Source: an uncultured bacterium (GTDB lineage Bacteria > Patescibacteriota > Minisyncoccia > UBA6257 > 2-01-FULL-56-20). Taken from it: a DNA stretch of 64,000 nucleotides. Position numbers and translations under genes: made by a program. Positions 7,724 through 19,338 of this stretch are shown here, piece after piece (positions within the stretch are counted from its first letter, which is position 1; each line of letters starts with the position of its first letter). The DNA is taken from NCBI GenBank assembly GCA_963768625.1, contig CAVYIK010000003.1, positions 129,274 to 193,273 on the forward strand. The letters run 5' to 3'. The notes beneath the pieces are model-generated. The model saw only the letters and a list, made by a program, of their open reading frames with translations, ran no database searches and was not told where the DNA came from.

Positions 7724-10700
7724 ATGCCTAAATTCGTCCACCTTCATACGCATTCCCATTATTCCCTTCTTGACGGCCTTTCAAAGATAGATCCGCTCAT
7801 AAAGCGCACGAAAGAGCTCGGCATGGACGCCGTCGCCCTTACCGACCATGGCGCGCTCTACGGCGCCGTGGAGTTTTATAAGGCGGCGAAGAAGAGCGGC
7901 ATGAAGCCGATCCTCGGCGTTGAGACCTACGTCGCGCCGCGCGACCGGTTTTCCAAAGAAGCAAGCGAAAAATATTACCACCTGGTCCTCCTCTGCGAGA
8001 ACAAGACGGGGTGGAAGAATCTCGATCAAACTCGTTTCAAAGGCCCACCTTGAAGGATTTTATTACCGCCCGCGCGTGGACAAGGACCTGCTCCGCGAAT
8101 ATCACGAGGGGCTGATCGCGCTTTCCGGCATGCCTTGGCGGCGAGATTGGGCAAGCGCTCCTTGCCGGGCGATTCGAAGAAGCGAAGAGGATCGCACTTG
8201 AATATCGCGATCTCTTCGGCGCGGAGAATTATTTCCTGGAGGTCCAAAAGCATCCCGCACGTTCCCGATTCCGAGCAGATAGAGCCGCTCCTCGTAAAGC
8301 TTTCCGACGAGACCGGCATCCCGCTCGTCGCGACCCAGGACAGCCACTACCTCCGTTCGGAAGACAACGAATATCACGACGTGCTGCTCGCCGTGCAGAC
8401 CGGCAACAAGCTGGCGGACGACGACCGGATGACCATGAAAGAGGATGATTTTTCGCTCCTCTCGCCGGAGGCGATGGCGGAAAAGTTCGCCCATATTCCC
8501 GGCGGCACGAGGCCATGCGCACCGCGGAGATCGCTGCGCGCTGCAACGTGGAACTTGAAGCTGGGGAAAGTACTGCTCCCCAATTTCCCGAAACCGGAAG
8601 GAAAAACCGCGAACGCCTATCTCCGCGAGCTCGTGGAGGAACGGCTACCGAAAAAGATTCCCGCCCGAGACGCAGACCAAAGAAATGGACGAGCGGCTGG
8701 AATACGAGCTCGGCGTCATTGAAAAGACCGGTTTCGCGGATTACTTCTTGATCGTCCAAGACCTCATCACCTGGGCAAAGGCGCATGGCATCGCCGTGGG
8801 GCCGGGCAGGGGCTCGGCAGCGGGCAGCTTGGTGTCCTACGTGCCTTGGACATCACCGACCTCGATCCCCTCACCTACGGGCTCCTCTTTGAGCGTTTCC
8901 TGAACCCGGAGCGCATCCAGATGCCGGACATCGACATAGACTTCGCCGACAAGCGGCGCGACGAGGTGCTCGCGTACGCCCGCGAGAAATATGGCGAGGA
9001 CCGAGTCGCGCGCATCATCACGTTCGGGACGATGGCGGCGCGCGCCGCGATCCGCGATGCCGGCCGCGCAATGGGCTACTCGTACGCCTTCTGCGACCAG
9101 ATCGCGAAATTGATTCCCTTCAATCCCACACAAGGCATGAAGGAGGGGTGGCTGGATGAGTGCCTGAGGAAAGTGGCTGAGCTGCGTGCGCTCTATGACG
9201 CGAAATGCGGAAGCGAAAAAATTGATCGATACCGCGCGTCATCTGGAGGGCGTGGCGCGGCACGCATCGGTCCATGCCTGCGGCACCGTGATCGCCAAGG
9301 AACCGCTCATTGAGCGCGTGCCGCTGCAGTTCGCGCCGCAGGAAAAGGACATCATGATCACGCAATTCGAGATGCACGCCATTGAAGACCTCGGTCTTCT
9401 GAAGATCGACCTTCTGGGACTCAAGAACCTCACGTATCATCGAAGACGCCATCCGCCTCATAAAAGAGCTCCACGGCGAGACCGTGGACATCTCGAATAT
9501 CCCGCTTGACGACAAGAAAACCTTCGACCTCCTCCAGAAAGCCGATACGACCGGCATCTTCCAGTTCGAATCGAGCGGCATGCGCCGGTACATGAAAGAG
9601 ATAAAACCGACCGAGCCTTGAGGACCTGATCGCCCTCGTGGCCCTCTTCCGACCCGGGCCGATGGAACTGATCCCATCCTTCATCAAACGCAAGCACGGC
9701 GAAGAGAAGATCGCCTATCTCCATCCCAAGCTTGAGCCCATCCTCAAAAACACCTACGGGGTCGGCGTGTACCAGGAACAAATGATGCAGATCGCCCGCG
9801 ACCTTGCGGGCTACACGCTCCCCGAAGCGGACACGCTCCGCAAAGCGATCGGCAAGAAGATCAAGTCGCTCCTTGACGAACAGGCCGTAAAGCTCGTCGG
9901 CGGCATGATCAAGAACGGCATCCCCGAACGGACCGCGAAGGCCATCTGGGAGCTCTTCCCGCCATTCGCCCGGTACGGGTTCAATAAGTCGCACGCCGCC
10001 TGCTACGCCCTCATCGGCTACCAAACGGCCTACCTGAAGGCCCACTATCCCGAAGAATTCATGGCGGCGCTCCTGAACGCCGAGGTGAGCGACATAGAGC
10101 GGATCTCGTTCCTTATCCAGGAAGCGAAGCAATCCGGGCTTGAGATCCTGCCGCCGGACATCAAGAAAAGCTTCGTCAACGTTCACGCCGGAAGGCGAAA
10201 AGATCCGCTTCGGCCTTGAAGCGGTAAAGAACGTGGGCTCGGAGATCACAAAAGCGATCATAGAAGAGCGAACGCGCCGCGGCCCGTTCAAGAGCTTTGA
10301 GGAAGTGCTCATGCGCATCCAGCATAAGGACCTGAACAAGAAATCAATCGAAAGCCTGGTCAAAGCGGGCGCGTTCGATTCGCTCGGCATCGAGCGTAAC
10401 CAGGCACTCCAGAACATGGACGACATCCTTCGCTTCGCGGTCGCCGCGCGGAGGAACGGCGGCGCGCAGAGCGGTGCGAGCTCGCTCTTCGGCGACACGA
10501 TGCCCGCCGCCGCGCTCAAGCTGAAGCCCGCGCCGCCCGCGACGAACGCCGAAAAGCTCATCTGGGAAAAGGAGCTGATCGGATTCTATCTCTCCGAACA
10601 TCCCCTCGCAGCTCACGCCGAGACGACTGAGAGCGTCGGCGTAAAACCCATTGCCGAACTCATGGCGATGAAGAACGAACGTCTCCTCGTGCGCACGGCC

Positions 10701-10928
10701 GGCGTCGTTTCAAAGATGAGAAAGATATTCACAAAAAGCGGCCAGCCATGATCTTCGCGACCATCGAGGACGCATCCCAGAAGCCGATCGAGGTCGTCGT
10801 GTTCAACAGCGTCTTGAAAAGACCGCGGCCGCATGGGTGGAAAACGCGCCCGTCATCGTGCAAGGACGGATGTCCCCGCGCGACGGCGAAATGAAATTGA
10901 TCTGCGACGACGCAAAGCGGTTAGCGTA
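7724..10928 (+). CDS. dnaE: DNA polymerase III alpha subunit (DnaE), split by at least 9 frameshifts in this assembly
   Basis: PHP domain [18 protein letters not shown]. Consecutive out-of-frame ORF fragments carry the DnaE palm, fingers, HhH and OB regions, and each fragment continues in a neighbouring frame. Confidence 0.85.
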
Positions 10929-11319
10929 GGCTGTTGTGATATTTGTGCGGCTCGTGCGGCGCAAGGACAACGATCTCAACGTCCCAATCAAAATCGGGGA
11001 GATGTTCCTCGAGATCGCGCTTGAGCGCGGCTTGGTCATATCCGAGCGCGATCACGCCGGGGCGATATTTCTTCACCACCCCATAGTCACCAAGCTCGGC
11101 GTCTCCCGGAACGGCCGTATCGGCAAGATCTTCCGTAGCGAGCGCCTCTATCCTCTCTTTTGTGTTCCTGCGCGGCGGATGATTTTTCAATTGTTCCACG
11201 ACCGCATCTTGCGCGACCGCCACGATCAGATAATTGCCCCGCAACCGCGCCTGCTTAAGAAACGCCCGATGGCCCTCATGAATACCATCGAACGTGCCGA
11301 AGACCAAAACCTTTTTCAT
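10921..11319 (-). CDS. cytidylyltransferase-like nucleotidyltransferase (HxGH family; FAD synthase / RibL-like)
   Basis: [21 protein letters not shown] carries the HxGH motif of the nucleotidyltransferase superfamily. About 133 aa. Confidence 0.55.
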   Translation of the reverse strand: MKKVLVFGTFDGIHEGHRAFLKQARLRGNYLIVAVAQDAVVEQLKNHPPRRNTKERIEALATEDLADTAVPGDAELGDYGVVKKYRPGVIALGYDQAALKRDLEEHLPDFDWDVEIVVLAPHEPHKYHNSLR

Positions 11320-12787
11320 TTCTTGGGCCGCATGAGCGGGAAGAACACGCACTCCCGTATGGGCCGATCCATGAGGACCGCAAAGAGCCGCTCCGAGACG
11401 CCGAATCCGCCCGCGGGCGGCATGCCATACGCCAAGCGCCTCCAGAAAATCTTCGTCCAGGCGCTGCGCTTCCTTATCCCCTGCCGCGCGGGCCTTTTCT
11501 GCTCCTCAAACCGCGCCCGCTGGTCAAGCGGGTCGTTCAGCTCTGAAAATCCCTTGCCGAGCTCCGTGCCGCACGCAATGACCTGGAACCGCTCCACTAC
11601 CTTCGGGTTCTCGGGCAGGCGCTTGGCAAGCGGTTCCACCTCCACCGGCGGGTCTACGAGGAAGCACGGCTGGACCATGCTTGGCCGACGTCTTTTTAAA
11701 AATAAGGTCTATGAGTCGCCCCTTGCCCGCGCCTTTTTCAAATTCGATCTTCATCTCCTGCGCTTTTTCCGCGAGCGCCTCGCGACTCGCCGCCGTCGGG
11801 TCGATCCCAATCGCCTTCTTGAATGCTTCAACATATTCCACTTTCGGCCACTTCTTTGACCAATCAACTTTCTTGCCTTCGAATTCCGTCGTGAGCCCGC
11901 CGCGGGTATTTTTGATCGCCTCCTTGTACGTTCGCTCTACAAGCTCCATCACGTCGTTGTAATCGCGGTACGCCCAGTAGAACTCAAGTTGCGTGTAATC
12001 CTGAAGGTGCTCACGGTCAATGCCTTCGTTCCGGAAAATGCGGCCGATCTCGAACACCTTGTCAAATCCGCCGACGAGAAGCCGCTTGAGCGGCAATTCC
12101 AAGCGAAATGCGGAGATAAAAATCCGTATCAAGCGCGTTGTGATGCGTCTTGAACGGCTCCGCCTCCGCGCCGCCCGGCACGCTTTCCAGAACCGGCGTT
12201 TCCACTTCCAAAAATCCCTCCTTTTTTAAGACGCCACGGAACGTCTCCCAGAATACCGTTTTCTTTTTGAATAACTCGCGCAGTTCGGGCGTCGCGATAA
12301 GATCCAAATAGCGCTTGCGCAAGCGCAACTCTTCGTCCTCAAGCCCTGCCCACTTGTCCGGCAGCGGCAGCAAACTTTTCGCCGCCATCTGAAGTTCGTG
12401 AACTTCCATACTTTTTTCGCCGCGCTTTGTCGTAAAAAGCATGCCCGTTGCGGAAACAAAATCTCCGAAGATCCAGAACTGACCTCCAAAAATCAAGGTC
12501 TTTTGCCGCGTCCTTCTGAATGCATCCTCCTTTAGAACAAGCTGGATTTCCCCGCTTTCGTCCTCAATGTCCGCAAAAATAATTTTTCCCTGGTCACGCA
12601 GGTTCCGCAATCGTCCCGCTAGCGAGATGAGATTTTTTGACTGTTCAAAGTCTTGGAACTTTTCGAAGTTTTCCAAAACCTCCGCGATAGCATGAGTCCT
12701 TTTGACGCGCGCCGGATACGGATCAATGCCCGCCTTTTTGAGCAGTTCCAGTTTCTTCCGCCGTTCCTTCACGATATCGTCCAGCAT
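11316..12787 (-). CDS. lysS: lysyl-tRNA synthetase class II, at least 3 frameshifts in this assembly
   Basis: N-terminal OB anticodon-binding domain (ORF 12062..12787); class II motif 2 FRNEGID...; C-terminal GMPPAGGFG. Fragments lie in three frames. Confidence 0.85.
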
Positions 12788-12814
12788 ATCTTAATAATAT
12801 CACCGCGCGCCCCG

Positions 12815-13273
12815 TTATTCTATTTTGAGTATCTCGTACGTTGCTGCTCCTGCCGGCGTCGCCGCACTTACCGTATCGCCCACTTTCCTCCTTAAGAACG
12901 CCTTGCCGAGCGGAGATTCGTCGGAGATCCTGCCCTCTTCCGGCTTCACCTCATAAGAACCGACGATCGTATAGCTCATCACTTTTTCACCCCGCTTCAC
13001 GGTTACGGTGGAACCCACGGTCACCGTGTCCCCTCCTTCGGATTTCTTGATGATCGCTGCCTGCTTCAAAAGGTCCTCAAGCTCGGCAATTCGCGTTTCC
13101 ACGCTTGCCTGTTCCTCGCGCGCCTCTGCGTATTCCGAGTTCTCGGAAAGGTCGCCGTATTCCTTTGCCTGCTTCAGGCGCTCCGCAACTTCAACGCGCC
13201 GTTTGCCCTTGAGCGTCTCAAGCTCCGCCGTGAGCTCCTCGAGCCGCTCCTTCGTAAGATATTGTTTGGCCAT
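12815..13273 (-). CDS. greA: transcription elongation factor GreA
   Basis: 152 aa, intact, with a coiled-coil N-terminus and the GreA C-terminal domain. Confidence 0.9.
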   Translation of the reverse strand: MAKQYLTKERLEELTAELETLKGKRRVEVAERLKQAKEYGDLSENSEYAEAREEQASVETRIAELEDLLKQAAIIKKSEGGDTVTVGSTVTVKRGEKVMSYTIVGSYEVKPEEGRISDESPLGKAFLRRKVGDTVSAATPAGAATYEILKIE

Positions 13274-13289
13274 TAGGTAGTTACTGCTT

Positions 13290-14027
13290 TTACGATACGA
13301 GCGGGCCGTATTTGCCCGCCCACAACCACCAGCGAATTGTAATGGTTTCCCAAAGAACTTTCAAGTAGGCGGATGCTTTGACGTGGGAACGGATATCGTT
13401 CACCCAATACACCGGGACTTCCTTGATCTTGTAGCCCATTTTCTTGGCGAGCGCGAGGGTCTCTACGTCAAAACCCCATCCCGCAATGCGGGACAATTCA
13501 AAAACCTTCATTGCTGCGGCGGCCGTGAACGCCTTGAAGCCGCATTGCGTATCCCAAAGGCCGGGCAGCACCAGCACTTGGATGAAAAGATTGCCCATCT
13601 TGCCCGGGATCTGTTTGGAAAGAGGTTCCGGTGGATCAAGCTTTGCTCCCTTGACCGCGCGCGAACCGATCACTACTTCATATCCATCTTTGAAGTACGG
13701 CATCATCTGGTCAAACTGATCGATGGCGGTCGAATTGTCAGCATCCATAAAAAGTCGGATTGCGCCATTCGAAAGCAGCATCCCCTGCCGCACGACGCCT
13801 CCCTTGCCTTTATTTTCAACGTTATCGATCAACTTCAGGTTCTTCACCACTTTCGCCATGTTGCGCACGACCTCTGCCGTGTTGTCTTTCGAACCGTCAT
13901 TCACGACGAATATCTCATAAGAATACGGCGCCTTTTCAAGGCGCTTGTCGATGTCCAAGAGTGTCTTCGGAACGCGCTCGGCTTCGTTATAAGCAGGAAT
14001 GATGATCGAAAGATAAGGTTGCGCCAT
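13290..14027 (-). CDS. glycosyltransferase family 2 (dolichyl-phosphate mannose/glucose synthase-like)
   Basis: LSIIIPAYNE...VVNDGSKD...DAD motifs. 245 aa, intact. Confidence 0.8.
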   Translation of the reverse strand: MAQPYLSIIIPAYNEAERVPKTLLDIDKRLEKAPYSYEIFVVNDGSKDNTAEVVRNMAKVVKNLKLIDNVENKGKGGVVRQGMLLSNGAIRLFMDADNSTAIDQFDQMMPYFKDGYEVVIGSRAVKGAKLDPPEPLSKQIPGKMGNLFIQVLVLPGLWDTQCGFKAFTAAAAMKVFELSRIAGWGFDVETLALAKKMGYKIKEVPVYWVNDIRSHVKASAYLKVLWETITIRWWLWAGKYGPLVS

Positions 14028-14042
14028 GGAAGATCGAGAAAA

Positions 14043-14801
14043 TTATACCATAGTGAGGATCCGCGGCCCGTCCTTCGTGATCGCCACGGTGTGTTCAAAG
14101 TGCGCGGCGAGCGAGCCGTCCGCGGTCGCCCAGCTTTCATCACGTAATTGCCGCAGGGTGGGCGCGCCAAGGACGAACATCGGTTCTATCGCGAGCACTG
14201 CGCCGGGAACAAGTTTTGCGCCCGTTCCTTTCCGGCCGGAATTGAACACCGTCGGCTCTTCGTGGAGCGCGCGGCCGATGCCGTGCCCCGTGAGCCCTTC
14301 CGCAACGGCGCACTTCTGCTTCTTTGCAACTTTCTCTATCGCAAAGCCGATGTCGCCGAGCGTCCTCCCGGCCTTCGCCTCCGCGATGCCGGCCGCAAGC
14401 GCTTCTTCCGTGGCCGCGATGAGTCGCTGCGCCGCTTTATCGGTCACGCTCACCCCCACCGTAAGCGCCGCGTCCAGAAAGAAACCTTCATAAGATAATC
14501 CGAGGTCAAGCTTCACGAGGTCGCCATCTTTCACCACGTACCCCGATGGCTGGCCGTGCACCACAACGCCGTTTATCGATGTGCAAAGTGTGAACGGATA
14601 CGCCTTGCTCGCGCCGCCGGGGCGGTATCCTAAGAACGCCGGCTTCGCTCCGGCCTTATGGATCAATTGGTACGCGAGGCGGTCAAGCTGTTTTGTGGTC
14701 ACGCCCGGATGCGTCTCTTCTTTGAGCTGCGCGAGCACCTCCGCCAGGCGCCGCCCTCCCTCGGTCATCACCTCTATTTCCTCGGACGTCTTAAGTTCCA
14801 T
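14043..14801 (-). CDS. map: methionine aminopeptidase type I
   Basis: Pita-bread fold motifs and the metal ligands. Start taken at the internal Met MELKTSEEIEVM. Confidence 0.85.
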   Translation of the reverse strand: MELKTSEEIEVMTEGGRRLAEVLAQLKEETHPGVTTKQLDRLAYQLIHKAGAKPAFLGYRPGGASKAYPFTLCTSINGVVVHGQPSGYVVKDGDLVKLDLGLSYEGFFLDAALTVGVSVTDKAAQRLIAATEEALAAGIAEAKAGRTLGDIGFAIEKVAKKQKCAVAEGLTGHGIGRALHEEPTVFNSGRKGTGAKLVPGAVLAIEPMFVLGAPTLRQLRDESWATADGSLAAHFEHTVAITKDGPRILTMV

Positions 14802-15393
14802 ATCGTTCAACAGCCACCACGATCCTCGACCACACTTCGGCCCGGCTCCCCTGCCCGGAGATCCGCCTGAACGCATACTTCTTTTTGAAAAAAACCACGA
14901 CGCGCCGGACCTGGCGTTCGTAATACCGCTTCCGGTTCCTGATGGCCCTTTCGGTATCGTCATCCCGCCGCACCAATTTCCCTCCTATCCGTTCCGTGCG
15001 TTGTCTCGCGCGGCGGATGCTCTCGCTCATGGGTAAGGCAAGATAAAGCACGAGCGGGTCGTTCCGCCGATATCGTTTCAACCATTTTGCCGCAAGCTTC
15101 GCCTCGCCGATCATCTTGGGGTGACCATCAAAGAGGATCCCCTTCTTCGCGGGAACCGTGCGGATCACCCGCCGAAGGATGTCCCGCACGACTCTTGTAG
15201 GAGTGAGGCCCCCGATGGCAGTAGTGTGCGCATAATCGTATTTTTTCCGCGTCTCGGGCTTCCGTATCTCCCGGCCCATATCGAAATCATAGAGGCGATA
15301 CTTCTTGACGAGCCGCGCCGCCTGCGTCTCCTTCCCGGAGGCGGGATCGCCGAGCAAGATGAGATTGAAGGGCTTTTTCTTCATTACGTTCAT
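14791..15393 (-). CDS. adenylate kinase-like nucleoside monophosphate kinase (second paralog)
   Basis: P-loop ILLGDPASGKETQ and an NMP-binding region. Lies directly downstream of adk. Confidence 0.6.
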   Translation of the reverse strand: MNVMKKKPFNLILLGDPASGKETQAARLVKKYRLYDFDMGREIRKPETRKKYDYAHTTAIGGLTPTRVVRDILRRVIRTVPAKKGILFDGHPKMIGEAKLAAKWLKRYRRNDPLVLYLALPMSESIRRARQRTERIGGKLVRRDDDTERAIRNRKRYYERQVRRVVVFFKKKYAFRRISGQGSRAEVWSRIVVAVERYGT

Positions 15394-15965
15394 GCAATGC
15401 CAAGCGCCGCGTCAATATTCTTTGCGATTTCGGGAACAGAAGGGCTCGCGTCGATTTCTATGAGCCGTGTCTCGTGCTTCAGATATTCTAAAATCGGTTT
15501 TGTCACTTCGTCGTAGTAGTGGAGTCGCGCTTCGATTGCCTCTCTCGTGTCGTCCGCCCGCCCTTCCTTTTTCGCGCGCAGAAGCAAGCGCTCGAAAGAC
15601 ATTTCCCGCGGGAGCGTGAACAAAATGGTCACCGGACGTTTCCTGCCTTGCGCCCGGAGAAAATTCACCAAGAAATTGGCCTGTCCCAGTTGTCGCGGGA
15701 CGCCATCAAAAACAACTCCCTGTGTGGGCAAGAGCGTTTCGAGTCGTTCTTTTGCGACACTGATCACGATATCGTCCGGAACTAACGCCCCGCTGCTCGT
15801 TATCCTTAATACTTCTTTTCCGAGCGGGGTGTTCTTTTTGCTCACCGCGCGCAAAATCGCCCCCATTTCAAAAAATAAAAAGCCGAGCTTCTCTGCGAGC
15901 ATCTTTCCCTGCGTGCCCTTGCCCGATCCTTGGGGACCAATAATTAATATGGCGTCGAAGTCCAT
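15390..15965 (-). CDS. adk: adenylate kinase (short type)
   Basis: P-loop IIGPQGSGKGTQ and FDGVPRQ. Start at the internal Met of the 327-aa ORF; the upstream part of that ORF is out-of-frame nonsense. Confidence 0.8.
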   Translation of the reverse strand: MDFDAILIIGPQGSGKGTQGKMLAEKLGFLFFEMGAILRAVSKKNTPLGKEVLRITSSGALVPDDIVISVAKERLETLLPTQGVVFDGVPRQLGQANFLVNFLRAQGRKRPVTILFTLPREMSFERLLLRAKKEGRADDTREAIEARLHYYDEVTKPILEYLKHETRLIEIDASPSVPEIAKNIDAALGIA

Positions 15966-16014
15966 GATGTGCTTCCTTATATTCTGATTGTAACCAATCG
16001 CGCCGCGAGATACA

Positions 16015-16734
16015 ATGACAACCATGCATGTCCGCCCGATAAGAACCAGTATCTTCCGCGAGGGCGATGACCTTGTCCGGTTCATCCGGCACCACATCCC
16101 CCGTATTCCGGATGGCGCAGTCCTCGTTGTTACTTCAAAGATCGTGGCACTCGCCGAGCGTCGCACGACACCCGCGCGCAGCGAAGCGGACAAAGTCCGC
16201 CTGATCAAAAAAGAAAGCCAGTGGGCGATCCGCACGAAATATGTGTGGCTCACCATGCGCAACGGCATGCCGATGGCATCCGCGGGTATTGATGAATCGA
16301 ATGGCAACGGGAAACTTATTCTTCTCCCGAAGGACTGCTTTGAGGCCGCCTCACAGCTCCGGACCGCGCTCAAAAATCTCTATAAAGCAAAGAGGTTCGG
16401 CGTTGTGATTACGGACAGCCGTATTTTCCCGCTCCGCAACGGCGTGGTGGGCGTGGCGCTCGGCTACGCCGGGTTCAAGGGAATAAAGGACTACCGGGGG
16501 AAGCCCGACCTCTTCGGCCGGAAATTCCATTTTTCAAAGACCGACGTCGCCGATAGCCTAGCGACCGCCGCCGTCCTCGCGATGGGCGAGGGTGATGAAC
16601 GACAACCCCTTGCCCTCATTACGGACGCCCCCGTTGAGTTCACGAACCGCATCGCCCGCCATGAACTCGATATCAATATCGCGGAAGATCTTTATCAGCC
16701 CCTATTCAGCAAGATCAAAAAATCAAAGCGGTAG
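16015..16734 (+). CDS. CofE-like protein (coenzyme F420-0:L-glutamate ligase family)
   Basis: VVTSKIVALAERR...ASAGIDESNGNGKLILLP motifs of the CofE/FbiB N-domain family. Plus-strand gene inserted between secY and adk. Confidence 0.55.
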   Translation: MTTMHVRPIRTSIFREGDDLVRFIRHHIPRIPDGAVLVVTSKIVALAERRTTPARSEADKVRLIKKESQWAIRTKYVWLTMRNGMPMASAGIDESNGNGKLILLPKDCFEAASQLRTALKNLYKAKRFGVVITDSRIFPLRNGVVGVALGYAGFKGIKDYRGKPDLFGRKFHFSKTDVADSLATAAVLAMGEGDERQPLALITDAPVEFTNRIARHELDINIAEDLYQPLFSKIKKSKR

Positions 16735-16758
16735 CCCGCCGACCAAGCTCGGAGCCTG

Positions 16759-18037
16759 CTATTCTATTCCTTCGTACTCACGAACGGTCAATTGCGAATC
16801 CACCTGCCGCATCGTCTCCAAGGCCACCGCAACGACGATCAAGAGCGCCGTGCCGCTGATCGTAAGGACCGCCACGCCCGTCATTGCCTGCACCACGATC
16901 GGCAAGATCGCCACAAGGCCGAGGAAGATCGCGCCCCAAAGCGTGATCCGGTTCACGACGCTGCCGAAGAACTTCTCCGTGCTCTCGCCCGGCCGGATGC
17001 CCGGCACGAATCCCCCACTCCGCTGCAGATTCTTCGCCACCTCTTCGGGGTTGAACGTGATGGAGGTATAGAAATACGTAAAGATGAACACGAGGAAGAA
17101 ATAGAAGATGCCGTACCACAGCTGATTCGCGACGAATGCCGTCGCGAACGCACTGATCTTCAGAGCCCCCACGACGCGGAGAAGATGGAAACGATCCATG
17201 CCGCGAACTGCGGGAAGAGCAATACCGAGATCGCGAAGATAAGCGGGATCATGCCCGCCTGGTTCACCTTCAGCGGCAGATAGCTCTGCGCGCCGCCATA
17301 CATCTTGTTCCCGCGCACGCGGCGGGCATAGGCGACCGGGATCTTCCGTTCGCCTTCGTTCAGATACACGATACCCGCGATAAGGAGCGACTGCGACGGC
17401 CGCGAAGCCGAAATAGGTCGTGAGAAGCGTCGGCGTGTAGGACGCGACGAGCGTTCCGAGGAACGAGGGCAGGCGCGCAAGGATACCGGCCAAGATGATG
17501 AGCGATATGCCGTTCCCCACTTTCTGTTCGGTGATGAGCTCGCCGAGCCACAGCGCGATCATGGAACCGCAGGCGATCACGATGATGTTCGTCGCAAAGC
17601 GCGAACGGAGCCGGCCGGTCGATGACGCCCTGCGAGATAAGGAGCGTAAGAAATCCATAGGCATGCACGAGCGCCAAGCGGCACCGTGAGAAGCCGCGAG
17701 TACTGGTTGAACTTCGCCTGCCCGCGCGCGCCTTCCTCGTAATACATCTCCTTGAAGTTGCGGGAAAATGATCGTCAGAAGCTGCATGATGATCGTCGCC
17801 GTGATGTAGGGGCCCACGCCAAGCATCATGACCGAGAGGTTTGAAAGCCCGCCGCCGGAGAAGAAGTTCAAAAAGCCGAAAAGCTGGTTTGAGTTGAAAT
17901 AGTTGCTGGAGCCGCGCGGCATCCACGCCCGGGATCGGGATTGCCGCAAGCACGCGGTACGCGACCAAAAGCCCCGCCACAATAAGCACCTTGTTGCGGA
18001 GGTCCTTGATCTTGAATATTTGGAGAAACCGGTTCAT
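16759..18037 (-). CDS. secY: preprotein translocase SecY, several frameshifts in this assembly
   Basis: N-terminus [22 protein letters not shown]2 plug region and C-terminal TMs are found in two overlapping ORFs in different frames, separated by nonsense stretches. Confidence 0.85.
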
Positions 18038-18488
18038 GAATAGGTTACTTCGTGACGCTCCCGCCCGCCTTCCCGATCTTCATCTTTAGCGCTCTTCGGA
18101 CACTTGTATGCCTTTCACTGTGATCGGGAACGCTATTTCTCCCTCGCTCCAAGAATCTTCACTTCTCCCCTGAAATCTTTCTTGAGAAGCCCTGCTGCCT
18201 TCAAGAGTTCCTGGTCGACTCAAGCGGCGTCTTCCCCTGTGCGAACGACTTCAGCGCACGGAAAGCTTGCCGAGATTGAAAACGATCGTGCGATCGCTTT
18301 TCGTTGTGTTCGCGAAAACCGCGCATCTTCGGGATCCGCAAGATGAGGTCGCGCTCCGCCGGACGGATGCGGTGCCCCGAACGGGATTTTTGTCCTTTCA
18401 CGCCGCGGCCCGGAATAGCTGCCGCGCTTGCCGCTGCGGCCGATGCGCTGTACGCGCTTCCTCTTTATTGATGGGAGTTCTGGAGTTT
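18038..18488 (-). CDS. rplO: 50S ribosomal protein L15, frameshifted
   Basis: MKLQN...KGQKSRSG fragments. The start overlaps the S5 stop. Confidence 0.6.
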
Positions 18489-18981
18489 CATAGTATTATG
18501 CTTGCAATTTTTTGAGCGCTTCGACGGTCGCCAAGGCGTTCGTGAGCTTGTTCGGCGTGCGGCCAAGGCATTTCGCCGTCGCGTCCTTGCACGCCCGCGA
18601 AAGCGAGCACGAAACGGACCGCGCCGCCCGCGCGGAGTCCGTGGCCCTGACTTGCCGGTTTCACGAGCACCACTCGCGGCGCTGTATTTTGCCATCACCT
18701 CATGCGCGATCGTGCGCCCGTCCTTCAGGTTGACCGTAAGAATGTTCTTCTTTGCCTCGGTCTTCGCTTTCGCGACCGCCTGCTGGACGTCGAGCCCCTT
18801 CGCGACGCCGACGCCGACGCGCCCCTTCTCGTCGCCCGAGGACGAGCGTGCAGCGGAAGCGGAAACGCTTGCCGCCCGCAACGACGCGCGTAACGCGGCG
18901 CATGTCGAGCACGCGCTCCTTGAATTCCTCTCTGACCTTCGGGCCCATGTCCCTCCGGTTATGTCGCTGTGGTTGTGGCAT
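18488..18981 (-). CDS. rpsE: 30S ribosomal protein S5, frameshifted
   Basis: EEFKERVLDMRRVTRVVAGGKRFRF and GRVGVGVAKGLDVQQAV...LKDGRTIAHEV found in three ORF fragments. Confidence 0.8.
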
Positions 18982-18984
18982 TAT

Positions 18985-19338
18985 ATTGTTAGTCCTCCTT
19001 TTTTAGCACCTTCGGCGAGCTCTTTACTCTGCCATGGAATTCGCCGACCGACGATCAAAACGAACCGCCTTGATCCCCTTTTCCGCTGCCTTTTTCCCGA
19101 GCGCCTCGCCGGCAGCGAACGCCTGCACGCTCTTTGTCCCCTTTGTCGTCCCGCCTTTGCCGAAGCTCGAAACCGCCGCAAGCGTGCGGCCTGTCGCGTC
19201 ATCGATAAGCTGCGCGTAGATATAGCGGTTCTGCGATTCACAACGAGCCGCGGCACGGCCGCCGTGCCTATAATGCGGGCGCTCGACCCGCGCCGCCCGC
19301 CGCGCCCTTTTTGGTTGAGTTTTTTCTTGCGCTTTCAT
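18985..19338 (-). CDS. rplR: 50S ribosomal protein L18, frameshifted
   Basis: MKAQEK...[18 protein letters not shown]...[11 protein letters not shown]. Confidence 0.7.

Noticed and set aside
9458-10561. 367-aa minus-strand ORF
   Set aside because: Antisense to dnaE fragments; low-complexity Arg/Ser/Ala-rich.
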